Below, in pieces: positions 39,729 to 55,172 of a stretch of DNA of 64,000 nucleotides. The translations under genes and the position numbers were made by a program. The stretch spans positions 62,001 through 126,000 of the forward strand of contig CT868661.1 of assembly GCA_000165425.1 (NCBI GenBank), read 5' to 3'. This DNA is from Paramecium tetraurelia (lineage: Eukaryota). Numbering within the stretch: position 1 is the first letter of the stretch; each line of letters begins with the position of its first letter. The notes under the pieces are model-generated. The model had not been told where the DNA came from. It did no database searches and worked only from the letters and a program-made list of their open reading frames with translations.

Positions 39729-41076
39729 ATGAAACTTTATATAGTATTTTTGGTAATCTGCGTGGTTACCTCATAAAAAGAAAATACAGAATTGTCCCAA
39801 GAAGACTAAACTCTATTGGATAGTATGTTTAAAGACAAATTCGGATTGAATGTGTTAAATGATATACAAAGTGAATACAGAAAAGATTCCGGTAATAGTA
39901 TAATGCGTATTTTGAGAAAGGAAGGAATAATTGGTGAGAATCGAGAGTTTATTGAACACAATTGAAAGACAGATAGCTTAAGACGAGTAGGATGATTTAG
40001 AATAATTAACCAAGGATTAAGAACTCTGTATTAAAAAAAACGAATTTTATATTAGATAATTAATAATTAGAGAGTTTGAAAGAAAAAATAGCTGAAGCAT
40101 AATATGATTATAGTAGCATAGGTGCAAACATCAGATTGTTGGAAGATGAATCAAACAGATATGATACTTAAATAAATGAGAAAGAGAATATTGTGAATGA
40201 ATATGAATCAACTCTAGTTTAATTGGAGGAGATCAGATAACATGAAGTAAATAAGATAGAGTATATAAATAGAATGCATATTTTGAAATTACTAGAGATG
40301 ATTCTTTTGCTATTTGCAGTTTAATCAAGAGAGCCAGATACTTGATTAGGGAATTATTACCTAGAAGTCCAAGGAATGTTGCATTTGTTCAATAATACAC
40401 TTATGAAGACAATTCTCATCAATTCTCTAGTTCAGATGTCTTATAATAAATGAGAGATCTTTAAGTTGAGGCTTAAGAGACTCTTTAAAATAATGAACCA
40501 TTTCTCAAGATCATAAGTTTTAAATATCAATTAATTAAAAGATGAATTTGTCACTGTTTCTACTCAAACTGAAGCTGTCATAGACACTACTAGAGCAAAT
40601 GCCATCATTAATTTATTCTAATAATTATATGATTAAGTTGATAGTACTAGCAGAGTGTAACTAACTGCGGAAGATGATAGATAAAACCTTCATTAACGAG
40701 TGAAGGATTAAATAAATGGAGAATTGGACTATTTACACTTATAGGTATTGAAATGTGCACCATTTTGTAGCTCTCCATACTCTATGATGAACAAGATGGT
40801 GTTGAAGCCCACATTATAGCAGCACAAATGGATTAGAAGGATGGTGATTAAAGATTGGCCAATCTTAAATAGTCTTTCTAAGATTTACAAAAATGCAAGG
40901 AAGATTCAAAAGTATTATGTAGAATCCTATGTTAGGTGAATTATGGAGTTAGATCAAAGGAGAGAAAGGAACAATTGAAATTGCTAAGGAAGGCAAGGGA
41001 AGTTCTATTGAATGAGTTTGATGCTGTTAGATGTTACATTGAGGATATTCTTAGTAGAAGTGTAAGTCAGAATTGA
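39729..41076 (+). CDS. Secreted coiled-coil protein, trichocyst matrix protein (TMP/Grl)-like
   Basis: Signal peptide MKLYIVFLVICVVTS, FGLNVLNDIQ, acidic heptads in two blocks, C-term RSKERKEQLKLLRKAREVL. Confidence 0.65.
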
Positions 41077-41535
41077 TAAATTTTATGAATAATCTAAATA
41101 GTATATAAGAGCTAATACTCAGTATATTTATACAAAAATACAAAATTCATGAAATTGGCAGCGAAGTACTTTCTCTACTCAACTTGATTCTACATTTTTT
41201 AGACACGTCCAATATTAATTGTATTACAACACAAAAAATGACAATTAGCATGATTGAGAGTATAGTTGCAATTATAATACGTTTGGATTGATTATCTTTG
41301 CTTTGTAAACCTATGGTTATTGGGTAATATTACCTAATAAACTATTAATAGTGGTTCCTTCCAAATAATTTGCAATTTCTAATAAAAACACTTGTTAATT
41401 GTTTTGAACTTTTTTTAATTGCTGCTCCTGGAGTTGATCACTAGAACCCAGTTCTAATACTTCTATATTCTCGGATTCTTTGATTGGTAATTGGATGGAA
41501 TAAGTTAAGACTATTATACATATTAAAATAAACAT
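41067..41535 (-). CDS. Small single-pass membrane protein (signal peptide plus TM)
   Basis: MFILICIIVLTYS..., 23-nt intron, then RIIIATILSIMLIVIFCVVIQINIG; 3' end uncertain. Confidence 0.5.
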
Positions 41536-41761
41536 GTTAAATTATTTATAAACGTTTTTAAGAAATTATTTGGAACTCATATAATGATTATTGACAATAA
41601 ATGTATATTATAAACAAGTATTGTTTTAATTCAAGATTTTAATTTGCATCTTTGAATCATCCTAACTTTATAGTTATTCATCATCTTGACTGTATAGTTA
41701 TTCGTATTAATATATATGAATAACAGTTAATATTATTGTAAATTCTTATAAACAGTAAGTA

Positions 41762-42586
41762 TCAATCATTGAATATCTTTTGTCTACTTTGGATATAGGA
41801 TCTACAAATTGGACAGAAATATCTACGACTGTAGCATTCCTGACAGCCGACCAAATGTTAACAAGGTAATACAATTATATTTGAATTTCGATTCTTACAA
41901 ATTTTGCATTTTAATTATCTATGCTAGTTGGATATGAGAATCTAATTCACTTATCCATTCTCAAATATAAGCATCCTTTTTGCAAACTTGTACATCATAC
42001 ATAAACATAATGCTATAATTCCAATTTTTAATAGTAATTTAAGTACATGTTTTGTATAAAACCGTTTAAATATTTAATTTAGATCTATATTTTTCATCTC
42101 CTATAAAGCTTTAATTTTGTTACATCTTAAGATTTAGGTTTATGAATTATAAATGAAATCGCCAACAAGGAAAAACTCTTCATTACTGAGAATAATCCTT
42201 CGAGGATAAGATACAATTTCATATCCTTCCTTGATATAAATATTATTAGGCACACTAATTTGTACTTCTAAGTTATCAATAATCTTTGATTTAAAATCTA
42301 TCATCTATCACTATTGAATTGATATCTTACATCAAACTTTGATTTCAAAGTTTAAATTCGTTTAATTGGGTATCCAGTTATTGTCATATTATCAAAATAC
42401 TTAAGTCCCCTCTAATTGACATCTAAATTTTTAATCATTCTAAATATATTATTCACAGGTTAGTTGCGTCTGAATTATTTCAAATACATCAACTATACTA
42501 TTTACACTCAGACTTACTTGCTTAATAAAAGATTTTACACTTAAATACAAAACAAAAGCCGCACCAAAAAATAATCGGATATTCAT
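41762..42586 (-). CDS. Two-TM RING-HC E3 ligase, MUL1/MAPL/SP1 (GIDE)-like architecture
   Basis: N-term TM IRLFFGAAFVLYLSV, second TM LLLKIGIIALCLCMMYKF, C-term CKICKNRNSNIIVLPCQHLVGCQECYSRRYFCPICRSYI; two tiny introns. Confidence 0.75.
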
Positions 42587-42638
42587 GAGTTTGTAATATG
42601 TAAATTACAATATAATTATTCTTATAATAAAAATTATA

Positions 42639-43662
42639 ATGTCTAATAGTTAAGAAAGAGATCAAGAAATAAAGTCAATTCGTTAAGAAATGTTGAGGGA
42701 TGCAGAACAGAATGCTAAGAAATAAAGATTTGGACTGTTCTCCTCACCTGTTCCATTAGGATTGGGAGATGACAGTATGGAAATGAGGAAAAGACGTAAT
42801 GAAAGAACATAATATGATTAGCATAAAGAGGGGAGAATGGGAAACCGATAACAGAACCGTCTAATATGAAGGTTTGTGCTACTCGTACAGGAAGAATTAG
42901 ATCTTCCTATTTTGGACCTTTGAGTTTTACAACTGTCGGAGATCCATACATAGATCCTGAAAAAGTGTTAACAATTTATGAGAAGGAGCAAAAGAAGTTA
43001 TGTAACAAAGAGGCTGCATTCAAGCCTCCTTCTGGATACAAAGAATTGATGGGCAGTGCTTATTCGCATATGAAGGAATATGATTACAAAAAGGTGGAGA
43101 GTAGGAAACAAACGGATGGGAGAGTGTATTCTGCACCCAGAAATGTTACAACCAATCCAAGATGTAAAGTACTGGACAAGTCGATTCCTTATTTGACAGA
43201 CGATTACAATCGATATAGTGATTTCGAAAGAGTATTCAAATTATTAAGCTAAAGAAAGCAAGAATGGAAAGCAAGAGCAAAGAGAAGGAACAGCCCTTTC
43301 GAAGCACTGTGAATGGAGGCTACACTTTTGAAAAAGACAAAAACATATTTGGAGTAACTAAGATGCCACCTTAGAGTCAGAGGAAGTCTCCTGACCTTAA
43401 GTCAGCAAAGCACGAATCAGCTTTTCGTCCAGCCAATGGGTTAAAGAAAGGGTTTGATGGATTGTTCGGTCATTTTTAGTACAAGTCCGACCCTATGAGG
43501 GAAATCAAAAGATAGTTTAGTTCCAAAAAGGAAAGAGAGAGTTTTAAGTAAGGATAAATATTCAATGATAGACCTGCAGATTTGGGGAACAAGACTCGGC
43601 CAAATCCAACGATATCGTGTTTCAAAATGAACATAAGGAGAGAAATGGCTGGACATATTTGA
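42639..43662 (+). CDS. CFAP96: Cilia/flagella-associated protein 96 (C4orf47/DUF4586)-like
   Basis: RFGLFS..LGD, YFGPLSFTTVGDPYIDP, AFKPPSG, PRNVTTNP, YLTDDYNR, FRPANGLKKG; three tiny introns. Confidence 0.75.
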
Positions 43663-43875
43663 TTACAGTATATATTGTTATATAATAAAATATTATTATA
43701 TAATAAATTATTATATATTTAAGATTTAGTTTGAAACAACGATGGAATGACGCAGTATGTACTAATTTTTTTTATAATGATTTACATCATATTTATTCGC
43801 TTTCGCACTATTCGATTTCATAATTTGAGGATAGATTAGGCAAACTCATAGGAGGGAAAAGTTAAATAAATTAAC

Positions 43876-44259
43876 ATGAATATTCTTAATGAAATAAAGA
43901 AGCAGGTGGATATAGAGATGAAAAAGATCAAGAAGGTACCAGTGTCTAAGAAGACGATACCTTCCTAATAAAAGAAAGAATTGGTTGATATGGTGAATTA
44001 GGGAGTGCTTTTGAAAGATGCAGCAAAAAAATTAAATCTAAATTATCATGAAGCAAAAGTAGCATACAACGAATAAAAGAGGAAATCCATGAGTACTTAA
44101 AGTGAAACTGAATCAGCAGTTTATAGTGTTCGGACTGCTGGAGTTACTGCTCTGAAATGGTTCCCAAGACACTTTTTATTGTAATAGAGTGTCAACAATA
44201 ACTTGGTATCTGTTAGACGGCTATATAATGTATTGGTTTTGAACCCAAAACAATAATGA
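43876..44259 (+). CDS. Small helix-turn-helix (psq/homeodomain-like) protein
   Basis: IPSQQKKELVDMVNQGVLLKDAAKKLNLNYHEAKVAYNEQKR; an in-frame upstream ATG exists at 43747. Confidence 0.65.
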
Positions 44260-44309
44260 TTTTTAATTTAATTATTAATACTACGTCATAAATTTATTAA
44301 TGAACAATA

Positions 44310-45809
44310 TCAAAACAGTTCTAGGGTGCCTTACTCCTTTTCCTTTTTAAGAGTTTCAAAATAGCCATAAATAATAGTTACTGATAAAAGTATTCCAGTT
44401 CCTAAATTGTTAAATCATAGAATACCTGAACCAATTGCCCCCAAGAAATCAGCCAAAATAGTCAAAGCACCAATACACATTCCACCAAAAGAAGCAGCTA
44501 TAGGAATATATCTCTTGAGAACATCCTTCATGGAAGAATCTCTGTATCCAACTATTTACATGTCTTACTCTTTGAGTTATTTGGCAACCTTTAAAATTAG
44601 ATAGATTTAATACATCTTTTGGTGATGATCCAGAAACATCAATCCAAGTCTTTGAGAAGACTGCACAAGTTCCTAAAATGAATGCTGTATACAAAATAGT
44701 GTGAATTGGATCAAAGATGGCTTCAGAAATTGATCTGGGAGGTGAGACATAATAGACTAATCCACCAATGGGAACAGTTTATCCATTGTCTAATTCTTAC
44801 CAATGACCAAGTAATCTGATTAGGAAATTGCCTCTGAAATTTCTGTATAAGATTTGGGAAAGGAAATAAAAGATTTGAAACCAAAGCAGTTTGGAGAATG
44901 ATTGGAATGTTTGAGGTATAGAACAATTTGATTGGATATGATGTTAATCCTCCTCTGACTTTATTGTTTTTGATTGGAATATCTACCTTAAATCCTTAGA
45001 AGTAGATAACAATCATGAAAACTAACACGGTTGCCAATAAATTAGTGAGATTAGGTAATGAATCTCTCAGGATGGCTGATTAGATGGCAGCGACCTTATC
45101 ATCTCTGATAAATAATCCATGGAAGAGTGCAATGATGGCTCCTTCATATTCCAATCCAAGTTCAGTTCTGTGAGTGATTGGGGAGAATGCTTTCCACATA
45201 ATGTTTTCACAAATGTTGATTGCTATGAATAGGGATGTTCCTGAGTTTCCAATTCCATATCCTTTAGATAATAATTCATCGATCATGATCATAACAATAG
45301 CTGAGAAGACTAATTGAATGATGATCAATATAGCATTGCCTGCTCCCAATTTATCCAAATCACCGTACATTCCAGACCAAACATATGCGAATGCTTCACC
45401 AAAGGCAATTAATATTCCTAATAATTTCTAAGCTCCTGAGTACAATTGCTTATCTTCCTTTACATTCTAATCCACATCGATTAATTTTGCACCAGCCAAT
45501 AATTACATAATCATTGAAGCTGTCACCATAGGTGAAATACCCAATTCCATCAAAGTTCCTCTATTTGATGCCAATATGACTCTAAGCCAATAGAAAGGGT
45601 CTCCAGCAGAAGCTTTGTAAATACCATAGAGTGGGATTTATGAGCAAATCAAATACAAGAGTGTGGCTATTGCTGTCCATAAAGCTCTATATTTGAACAA
45701 AATCTAATTGTAAATATGAACAGTATACTCTTCTTTCAGGTTCAGCCACATCTGGAATAATGGCCATTGCTGGTCTCATGTAATTGAGGATCTTGGTTTT
45801 GCTAGGCAT
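44310..45809 (-). CDS. SEC61A: Protein transport protein Sec61 alpha (one apparent +1 frameshift at 44868-44871)
   Basis: [103 protein letters not shown]; three tiny introns. Confidence 0.95.
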
Positions 45810-45855
45810 TAAATTTATTATTGAAATGAGGCCATTTTTCTTTTTATTTCACATC

Positions 45856-45871
45856 ATTCACACGTGTGAAT
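45856..45871. promoter_or_regulatory. 16-bp perfect palindrome ATTCACACGTGTGAAT in a 71-nt divergent intergenic region
   Basis: Self-complementary, CACGTG core, lies between the Sec61 alpha ATG (45809, minus) and small Tim ATG (45881, plus); function inferred only. Confidence 0.4.
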
Positions 45872-45880
45872 TATATTATT

Positions 45881-46093
45881 ATGGACAATATTTAATAAAG
45901 AGAAACTTTAGGCTTATTCATAAGATTCACCAGCGTCTGCTAAATTCGTTGTGGAGTCTTAAGCTCCAAAGACGATGTGCTTACTAAGGACAACCATTAA
46001 TGTTTGGGTATGTAATTAGTTGTAATGTGAATAGAGAAATGCACAAATCACATGATAGATTCTTTTAGAAGAATACAAGATGCATACAAATGA
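45881..46093 (+). CDS. Small Tim (Tim8/9/10/13 family) twin CX3C mitochondrial IMS chaperone
   Basis: MDNIQQRETLGLFIRFTSVCQIRCGVLSSKDDVLTKDNHQCLEKCTNHMIDSFRRIQDAYK after removing a 27-nt intron. Confidence 0.8.
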
Positions 46094-46120
46094 TCGAAAT
46101 ACATTAAACAAAACAAAATA

Positions 46121-47163
46121 TCATTATTTAATAACTTCATCGAATTTTTAAGATAATTCCTGAAGGATTGTGTTTGAATATTGCATAGTATACTTCCCAC
46201 CTTTCTCAATTATAATCTTATGATCCATCAATTCCTTAAGATTATCTTTCAATTGAATTTTGCTTGATACGATCATCTCATCCGATAGAACATCATACAG
46301 ATCTTAAAAATTCAATCCCTAAAATTTTATAAATATTATATATACATCTCTGCTTTCTAATACTTTTCCTGCAAAATAATAGACTATGTTTTTCTGTTTC
46401 TGAGTCATACTTGATAACACATACCACAACCCCTCCTCTTGTTTCTATTTTCCCACCTAATCTTCAAAGATCTATAATATCTCCTGAACATACGGTCTAT
46501 TTGTATGCACACACGAGAAGAATGCTCTTTGAATTTTGCATATCATTGCATAGCGATAATTATCGAAACTGCATGCCATACGAACATTCGGACAATTGCT
46601 CAATTATCCAAGTAATTTCTATGCTTACTCATTTAATAAATGACGACCATCTATGCTATGAGCAATGATAATGATTGAATGAGGAGTGTTCTCAATGCAT
46701 TTAATGATTTATTCTGAATTTCTGACATGTGAGTCTATTTTCAACACTTCACCCATCTTTTACAAAAACATCTTCATATTCACTAAAGGTTTGAATCCCT
46801 TCAAAACAAAAAAGTACGATTATGGATTACTCCTACAACACATCAAAAATGTATATACTCCATCAATTCTTTCATAGCCTTCTCAAGTAATTCAATTTTA
46901 CTCCCAATCCCATACACTAGAACATTGAAATCATGATTGACCTATTAAACAATGTCTGTTGAACCAATAATATTTTCTTCAAATTTCTCCTTCTCTGCTT
47001 AATCAGCCAATCTTGCTTATAACTTTGTTAAATCAAAGTCAGAACTATCAAATTTTGTGATTTCGGATGTGTCCTTTATCTTCAAAGATGATATATAATC
47101 TTTCAATTTTCCATATCTCCTTTAATACTCCTCTCTTCCTTTCTCATAAGTTTCTATTTACAT
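46121..47163 (-). CDS. ORC2: Origin recognition complex subunit 2
   Basis: FNVLVYGIGSKIELL, FVLKGFKP, IAHSIDGRHL, HTNRPYVQE, GLWYVLSSMTQKQK, LKELMDHKII; two tiny introns. Confidence 0.88.
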
Positions 47164-47208
47164 TAAATGTATAATTAAATACTAATAAATTTTGTAAATA
47201 AACAAACA

Positions 47209-50037
<2,829 letters not shown>

Positions 50038-50090
50038 ATTTGTATTAATAATTTTATACAGATTTCATTACTTACTTACACATATTAAGA

Positions 50091-51205
50091 ATGGCAAGTC
50101 ATACAATCAGGTATGTAATGCAGTAATACTTAAACGCAAAGACTTGGAGACTGACAAATACTTCTTAATTGATATAGTACTAACAGGCAAAGCATGTTTA
50201 GTGAAAGAGTAGCTAAGGCATAAGGGAGAAATTGCCATTCATAAAACTAGGATAATCCTATATGCCATACAGTACCAAAGTGTTATAAACAAAGTCGAAT
50301 TTATATACTCCTCAAGCAGACAAGTTTGAAGGTTATGCAACATTACTCGCACATTACAAGAACCCTACAACAACACTCACAAAAGACCCAAGACCACCGT
50401 TGAGGCCACTAAGTACTTGTTTGAGGAGAAGGAAAAATAAAAAGTACTAAATAGACAAATTTTATAACATATAACTGGCACAAGTCATGATTACTTCAAG
50501 GCCAAGAAGGAAGGTAAAATAGCCATCTTGAAAATGAGGACTGAAACCTAATTGTAGGATTTAGTATCAGGAGGATCTGTTAAAATCATTAATGGTCATG
50601 AATTAACTCAACCGTAATTTTTGCATAGTCTTCTTGAAAATAGAGCCAAGTCAGCCTTTGGAATCAAGTGTACTACTATTCCAAATATTTCTGAGACCAG
50701 AGCATAGATTAGTCAATATTCTAGATTGATAGTGCCATTAGAAAAGTAGAAATTGAAATCTATGCAATCATATGGGATACTCAATCATGAGTTATAAATG
50801 CAGAATCAAAGGCATTGTTTAAGAGTAGAACGTACATTTAACCATCTCAATCGAAACGAAGTCAGAATATGATAAACTAAAGTTTAGTTACAATATAACT
50901 CATTTTAAGAAAGATTGGATATCTTTTAAAATGAGATACAGAAATTCACTTAACCTCAACAAAAAGTGATCAAGTAGATCACTTCTAAAAGGTAGATTTA
51001 ATTGTCTTTTGGCTGATAACAAAGAACATTATTTTTAGGATAGCTCGATAATCAAATTGTATAAGTGTTATTTTTCCATAAAGTTCAACTTGAATAATTT
51101 AAGTCGAATGAAAGTTCAAAGCAGGAAATGGAAAAATAAAGAAGAATTTTGGCTAAAATGAAGGATGCTGACATGTTGACTAAAAATTTAAAATTGAAGT
51201 TATGA
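50091..51205 (+). pseudogene. Decayed gene for a ciliate hypothetical protein
   Basis: Protein-like blocks (LYTPQADKFEGYA, RTLQEPYNN, QILQHITGTSHDYF) in different frames; in-frame TGAs at 50202 and 50870. Confidence 0.55.
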
Positions 51206-51266
51206 ATTACTATTCTAGAAATATTATTTAGAAACACGACATGTGTTTTTAATCAATAAAATAATT

Positions 51267-51737
51267 ATGTCATTTATTGGAAAAGTCTTCCTTCTTGCAG
51301 CCCTTCTTGGATACAGCTACCTCCTATTAACAGATCCTGCCTTAGGCAAAAAGTTTGAAACCAAATATGCTAGTTTCTAAGAATAAGCTCTTGTCAAGCA
51401 AGTATTCAAATTTATTAATATTCAAGTACATCCCAGCTGATGTATTCAAACACGTACCAGCATTATTAGCTAAACAAGTTGTTTCAGGTCTTTTAGCAAG
51501 TAGTCCTCTACTTTTTATTTGTGGAGGGTATTAAACACAATTTAATTTTTAAGCTTCGCCGTATTCCCAGTTCTTGGTTTGTTGCTTCAAATCACTATAT
51601 AAAGCAATCCCTTGTTTAGCGCTGATCAATACACAAAGATCGATTGTTTGAAGCTCGTAGCTTTGATTGGAGGAGTAATTGTTTGGGCTTCATCCAGATG
51701 TTGTTCTAAACAGACACCTAAACCAAAAACAGAGTGA
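51267..51737 (+). CDS. Small multi-pass membrane protein (DoxX/HR-lesion/SURF4-like) with C-terminal KxKxx
   Basis: MSFIGKVFLLAALLGYSYLLL..., 3-4 hydrophobic helices, LKLVALIGGVIVW, ends KPKTE; two tiny introns. Confidence 0.7.
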
Positions 51738-51758
51738 TATAAATATATATATGATATT

Positions 51759-52976
51759 TCATTAAAAGTCATCTAATTTTGGATGTACATATTTATCCCA
51801 GTCTCTAGGTCTCTCTATTCTACTTTCTCCTTCTAACCATCTTTTTCTTTACCCATTTTCCCAAACTCCCACTTGGCTCTGCCCATCGTTTAATATATAT
51901 CTTCCAATTCCGTGTTACTTTCCCTAGAGCCAATACCCCTCATAACAGCGACCGTCATTCCATTTATACACTCCAAATCCATGCTTCTTATCATTAAAAT
52001 ACTCTCCGTCGTAATACCTCCCGTCTGGCCAATAGTATATCCCTCTACCATTCATCTGGTTATGTTACCAAAATCCTTCATAGCGCTTTGTATGAAACAA
52101 TCATCTTACCCTCCCATCAGGCCAATTATAGACTCCAAAACCATTCAATTTGTTATCACTCCACATTCCTTTATAAGTAGAACCATCTGTCCATTAGTAC
52201 CATCCGAGTCCTTACTTTTTTCCGTACCTATATTATCCTTCATATTTAGAATTATCTGCCCAAAATTCCTTTCCTTATCCATGTTATAAGTCTTCCAACC
52301 ATTCCCCATCATATTATGCCCCATCTGTATGAATATACTTTCCTACTCCATTCGCTCTATCGTTTTTCCACTCGCCTTCATAATAGTCTCCATCTACATG
52401 CCAAAACTTTCCTCTGCCATTTGCTTAATTTGCCTTCCATTCACCTTCATATTTTGCACCATCAGACCATATTTAAGTACCATAGCCATCTCGCATATTT
52501 CCAACCCATTCGCCTTCATAAATTGCTCCGCTCTTAAATACATATTTTGGTCTCTTCTCTCTGGGACCCTGTCTATTAGTCTCATCTAAATTTAAATCCT
52601 CTTAATTTCTTTTATTCATTCCATCTTTCTTAATCATACTGGGATCATTCTAAGACTCCTAAGTCATTTGAGGTTATTGTATTTGAATATTAAAAGAAAC
52701 TAATTATGTAGTTGCTAAACCCGGAGTGGCTATAGGTGTTGGGGTTGGTGCTTCTGATTAATATTTTTATTCCAAATTTTCATTCTTCAACAAATCTACT
52801 CCTTTACTCACTAACTATTCTCATTCTTTACATGAACTTTCATCATTTTCCTCATCAAGTGGTTGTTGAGAATATTGATTCATATTTTGGGAACTCTGTT
52901 GTCTGATCTCAGATACAACAACGACCTACTCGTCTCTTTTTTAACAAGTCTAACACTATGAGCATTAACTACCCAT
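51759..52976 (-). CDS. MORN-repeat protein with N-terminal acylation signal
   Basis: MGSQCSQCQTC; ~9 MORN repeats ([42 protein letters not shown]...). Confidence 0.92.
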
Positions 52977-53004
52977 TTTAAATAATAATAACAAAATTAT
53001 ATAT

Positions 53005-55171
53005 TCATCTAAAAATCTTATTGACTAGATTATTTATAAATCTGTAAGCATATATTTCTGGAGTTTGAGCAGAAACATTTAAATTAGGGTTCATTGCTAA
53101 TAATTATTTGGAAGCCTTCTCTGCCATTTTGGACAAATTCCATTCTTAAAGATAATCTATTATGGCAATGTGGTAGTAAATGTTTGGTTCATCTTTGGAA
53201 GGATATGCATTTTAAGGTAGATCCACCAATCTGTCTACATTACCTTAATACTCTCCCCAATCAACCTTCATTATCAAGAGAGAATAATCAAGTAAATAAG
53301 TATTTTTGAAAAATTCAGCATCTTTAATAAGTTAAAATTTCACGAAATCACTTTGAGATTATTCTATCTTAATCCATTTCTCAAGATTATCAAAATCCAC
53401 ATCCTTCAAAGTGATTTTTTAGAGATCTATATCTTTAGGTTTACCCTTCAATGCTTCTCTTGCAACTTCACTACCCTTCATATCAAAGGTTCTTTTAACA
53501 AAAGGACGAGGCACTTGAGATATGTTCCTCATCAAGACCATATGATAAACAATGCCACAACTAGATGAAATGTAATTCATATCATAGGAGAAGATCCCAT
53601 AAATCTTATTTATCAGGGATTTCCTATATTCACTCATATGATGAAAGTATTCTTCCATCCTTTGTCTGAAACTATTCAATTCCCTTTCAGTTATAGTTTT
53701 TAGAATCCATTTATTGTCATAACTAAAGAAAAAGAATTCGCCTGATTTACCCCCGTCTACATTAATCATATTTTCAATTAATTCTGCATTCTTCTCTAAT
53801 GAGAATGAATCATGAGCATCAATATCTAAGTTGTCAAATTTAAATAGCTAAGAATTATTCAGATAATTTACATAATAAAAATACTTTGGAGCCAACGCAA
53901 ACATCTTTGGATTCTTTCCTTTTGTGTATTAGGTTTCTTTAACATAAAAATTAAATTCCTTGTTTAGTGCTTAATTATTTAATTTATATTTCTCTAGAGT
54001 CTTCGCTATGGCTAATTATTCATCACTCAAAGATTCTCTAATTAGATGAGCATTTAATGTGATATCATTATTGTAAGTATTCCTGTTTTAAATTAATAAT
54101 TGAGAAGTTCTATCAACATCAGTTTCAGATTTGTCCACATTTTCTTCTAATTGCGCATTATCTAAATACTCCTCAATGTTATTGAAATACTAGATAATCC
54201 CTGCTAAAACACTTCTAATCTAAAACATTCTGATAAATTTCTGCACTTCAATGAATTGCGTATCCACATCAACAATCTCTACCTCCTTTTTTGGTTGAGG
54301 ATAGAATGCTTTATGAACCATATTAACTATCTTACGCAAAAGAGCAGGGTTCTTCACCCTCTAATAACATAGAATTCCAGAACCTAAAGTGTATAAGCAA
54401 CATGTTGATATCATCATCACTGTGTCCAAACTTGCTGGCTATGATGACGGATGTTCACTTGTTTAAATAAAAGTACTAAGCAGTGTGAACAATGCCAGAA
54501 ATATTGTGGAAATGATATACATGACGTATCTGATGAGCGAAGATTTTTTATTATTTCTAAATGTCACATCGTTTGGTAGGTTCTAGTAGAAGTACCATAT
54601 TGTATATAGTGCTGAGATGATGTACACAAACTCAAATACATAAAGAGCTAATGGCAAATAGTTCCTCTCTAAAATAATTGTGTTGATGCATCTATTCATT
54701 ATTGTTGGACCTGCCATTTACTATATTTAGGGTTGAAACGCAAACAAAATCAATGATATACATAGAGTAAACACCAAACAAAAGGAATGAAGCAATAACT
54801 TAAACTTTGCATTCGTTTTCAAAACATTTGTGATCTCCTACCTAAAATAGTCTTGACGATTACCTCATCGTAAAACAATATGCAAAATTGTATATAAACT
54901 AGCCCAAAAACCCTAAGTTCTAGGTGAAATCAACCCATTTGCAAAAGGATGTGTCATTTAAGTTATTATCAGGATTGCTGGGCGTATTGACATCTGGACT
55001 TGACATCATCCAATAGATTGAAGTACTCAATTGGCATAGTCCCAAAGCAAATACAATATCTCCTGGTGATTTTCGACCTGCTTTCCATGCCAAATAAGTA
55101 AAAACAATGAAAGAACTGCAAACCACATTCACACATGCAAAAGCAATAAGGGTGTAGAATTTCTAAGACAT
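53005..55171 (-). CDS. GPCR-PIP kinase fusion (7TM receptor-like domain plus PIP5K catalytic domain)
   Basis: Seven hydrophobic segments in the first ~270 aa (KSPGDIVFALGLCQ, FCKW), then GGKSGEFFFFSYDNKWILKT, FDMKGS, TLKDVDF, LLDYSLL, IAIIDYLQEW, VSAQTPEIYAYRF. Confidence 0.9.
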
Positions 55172-55172
55172 A

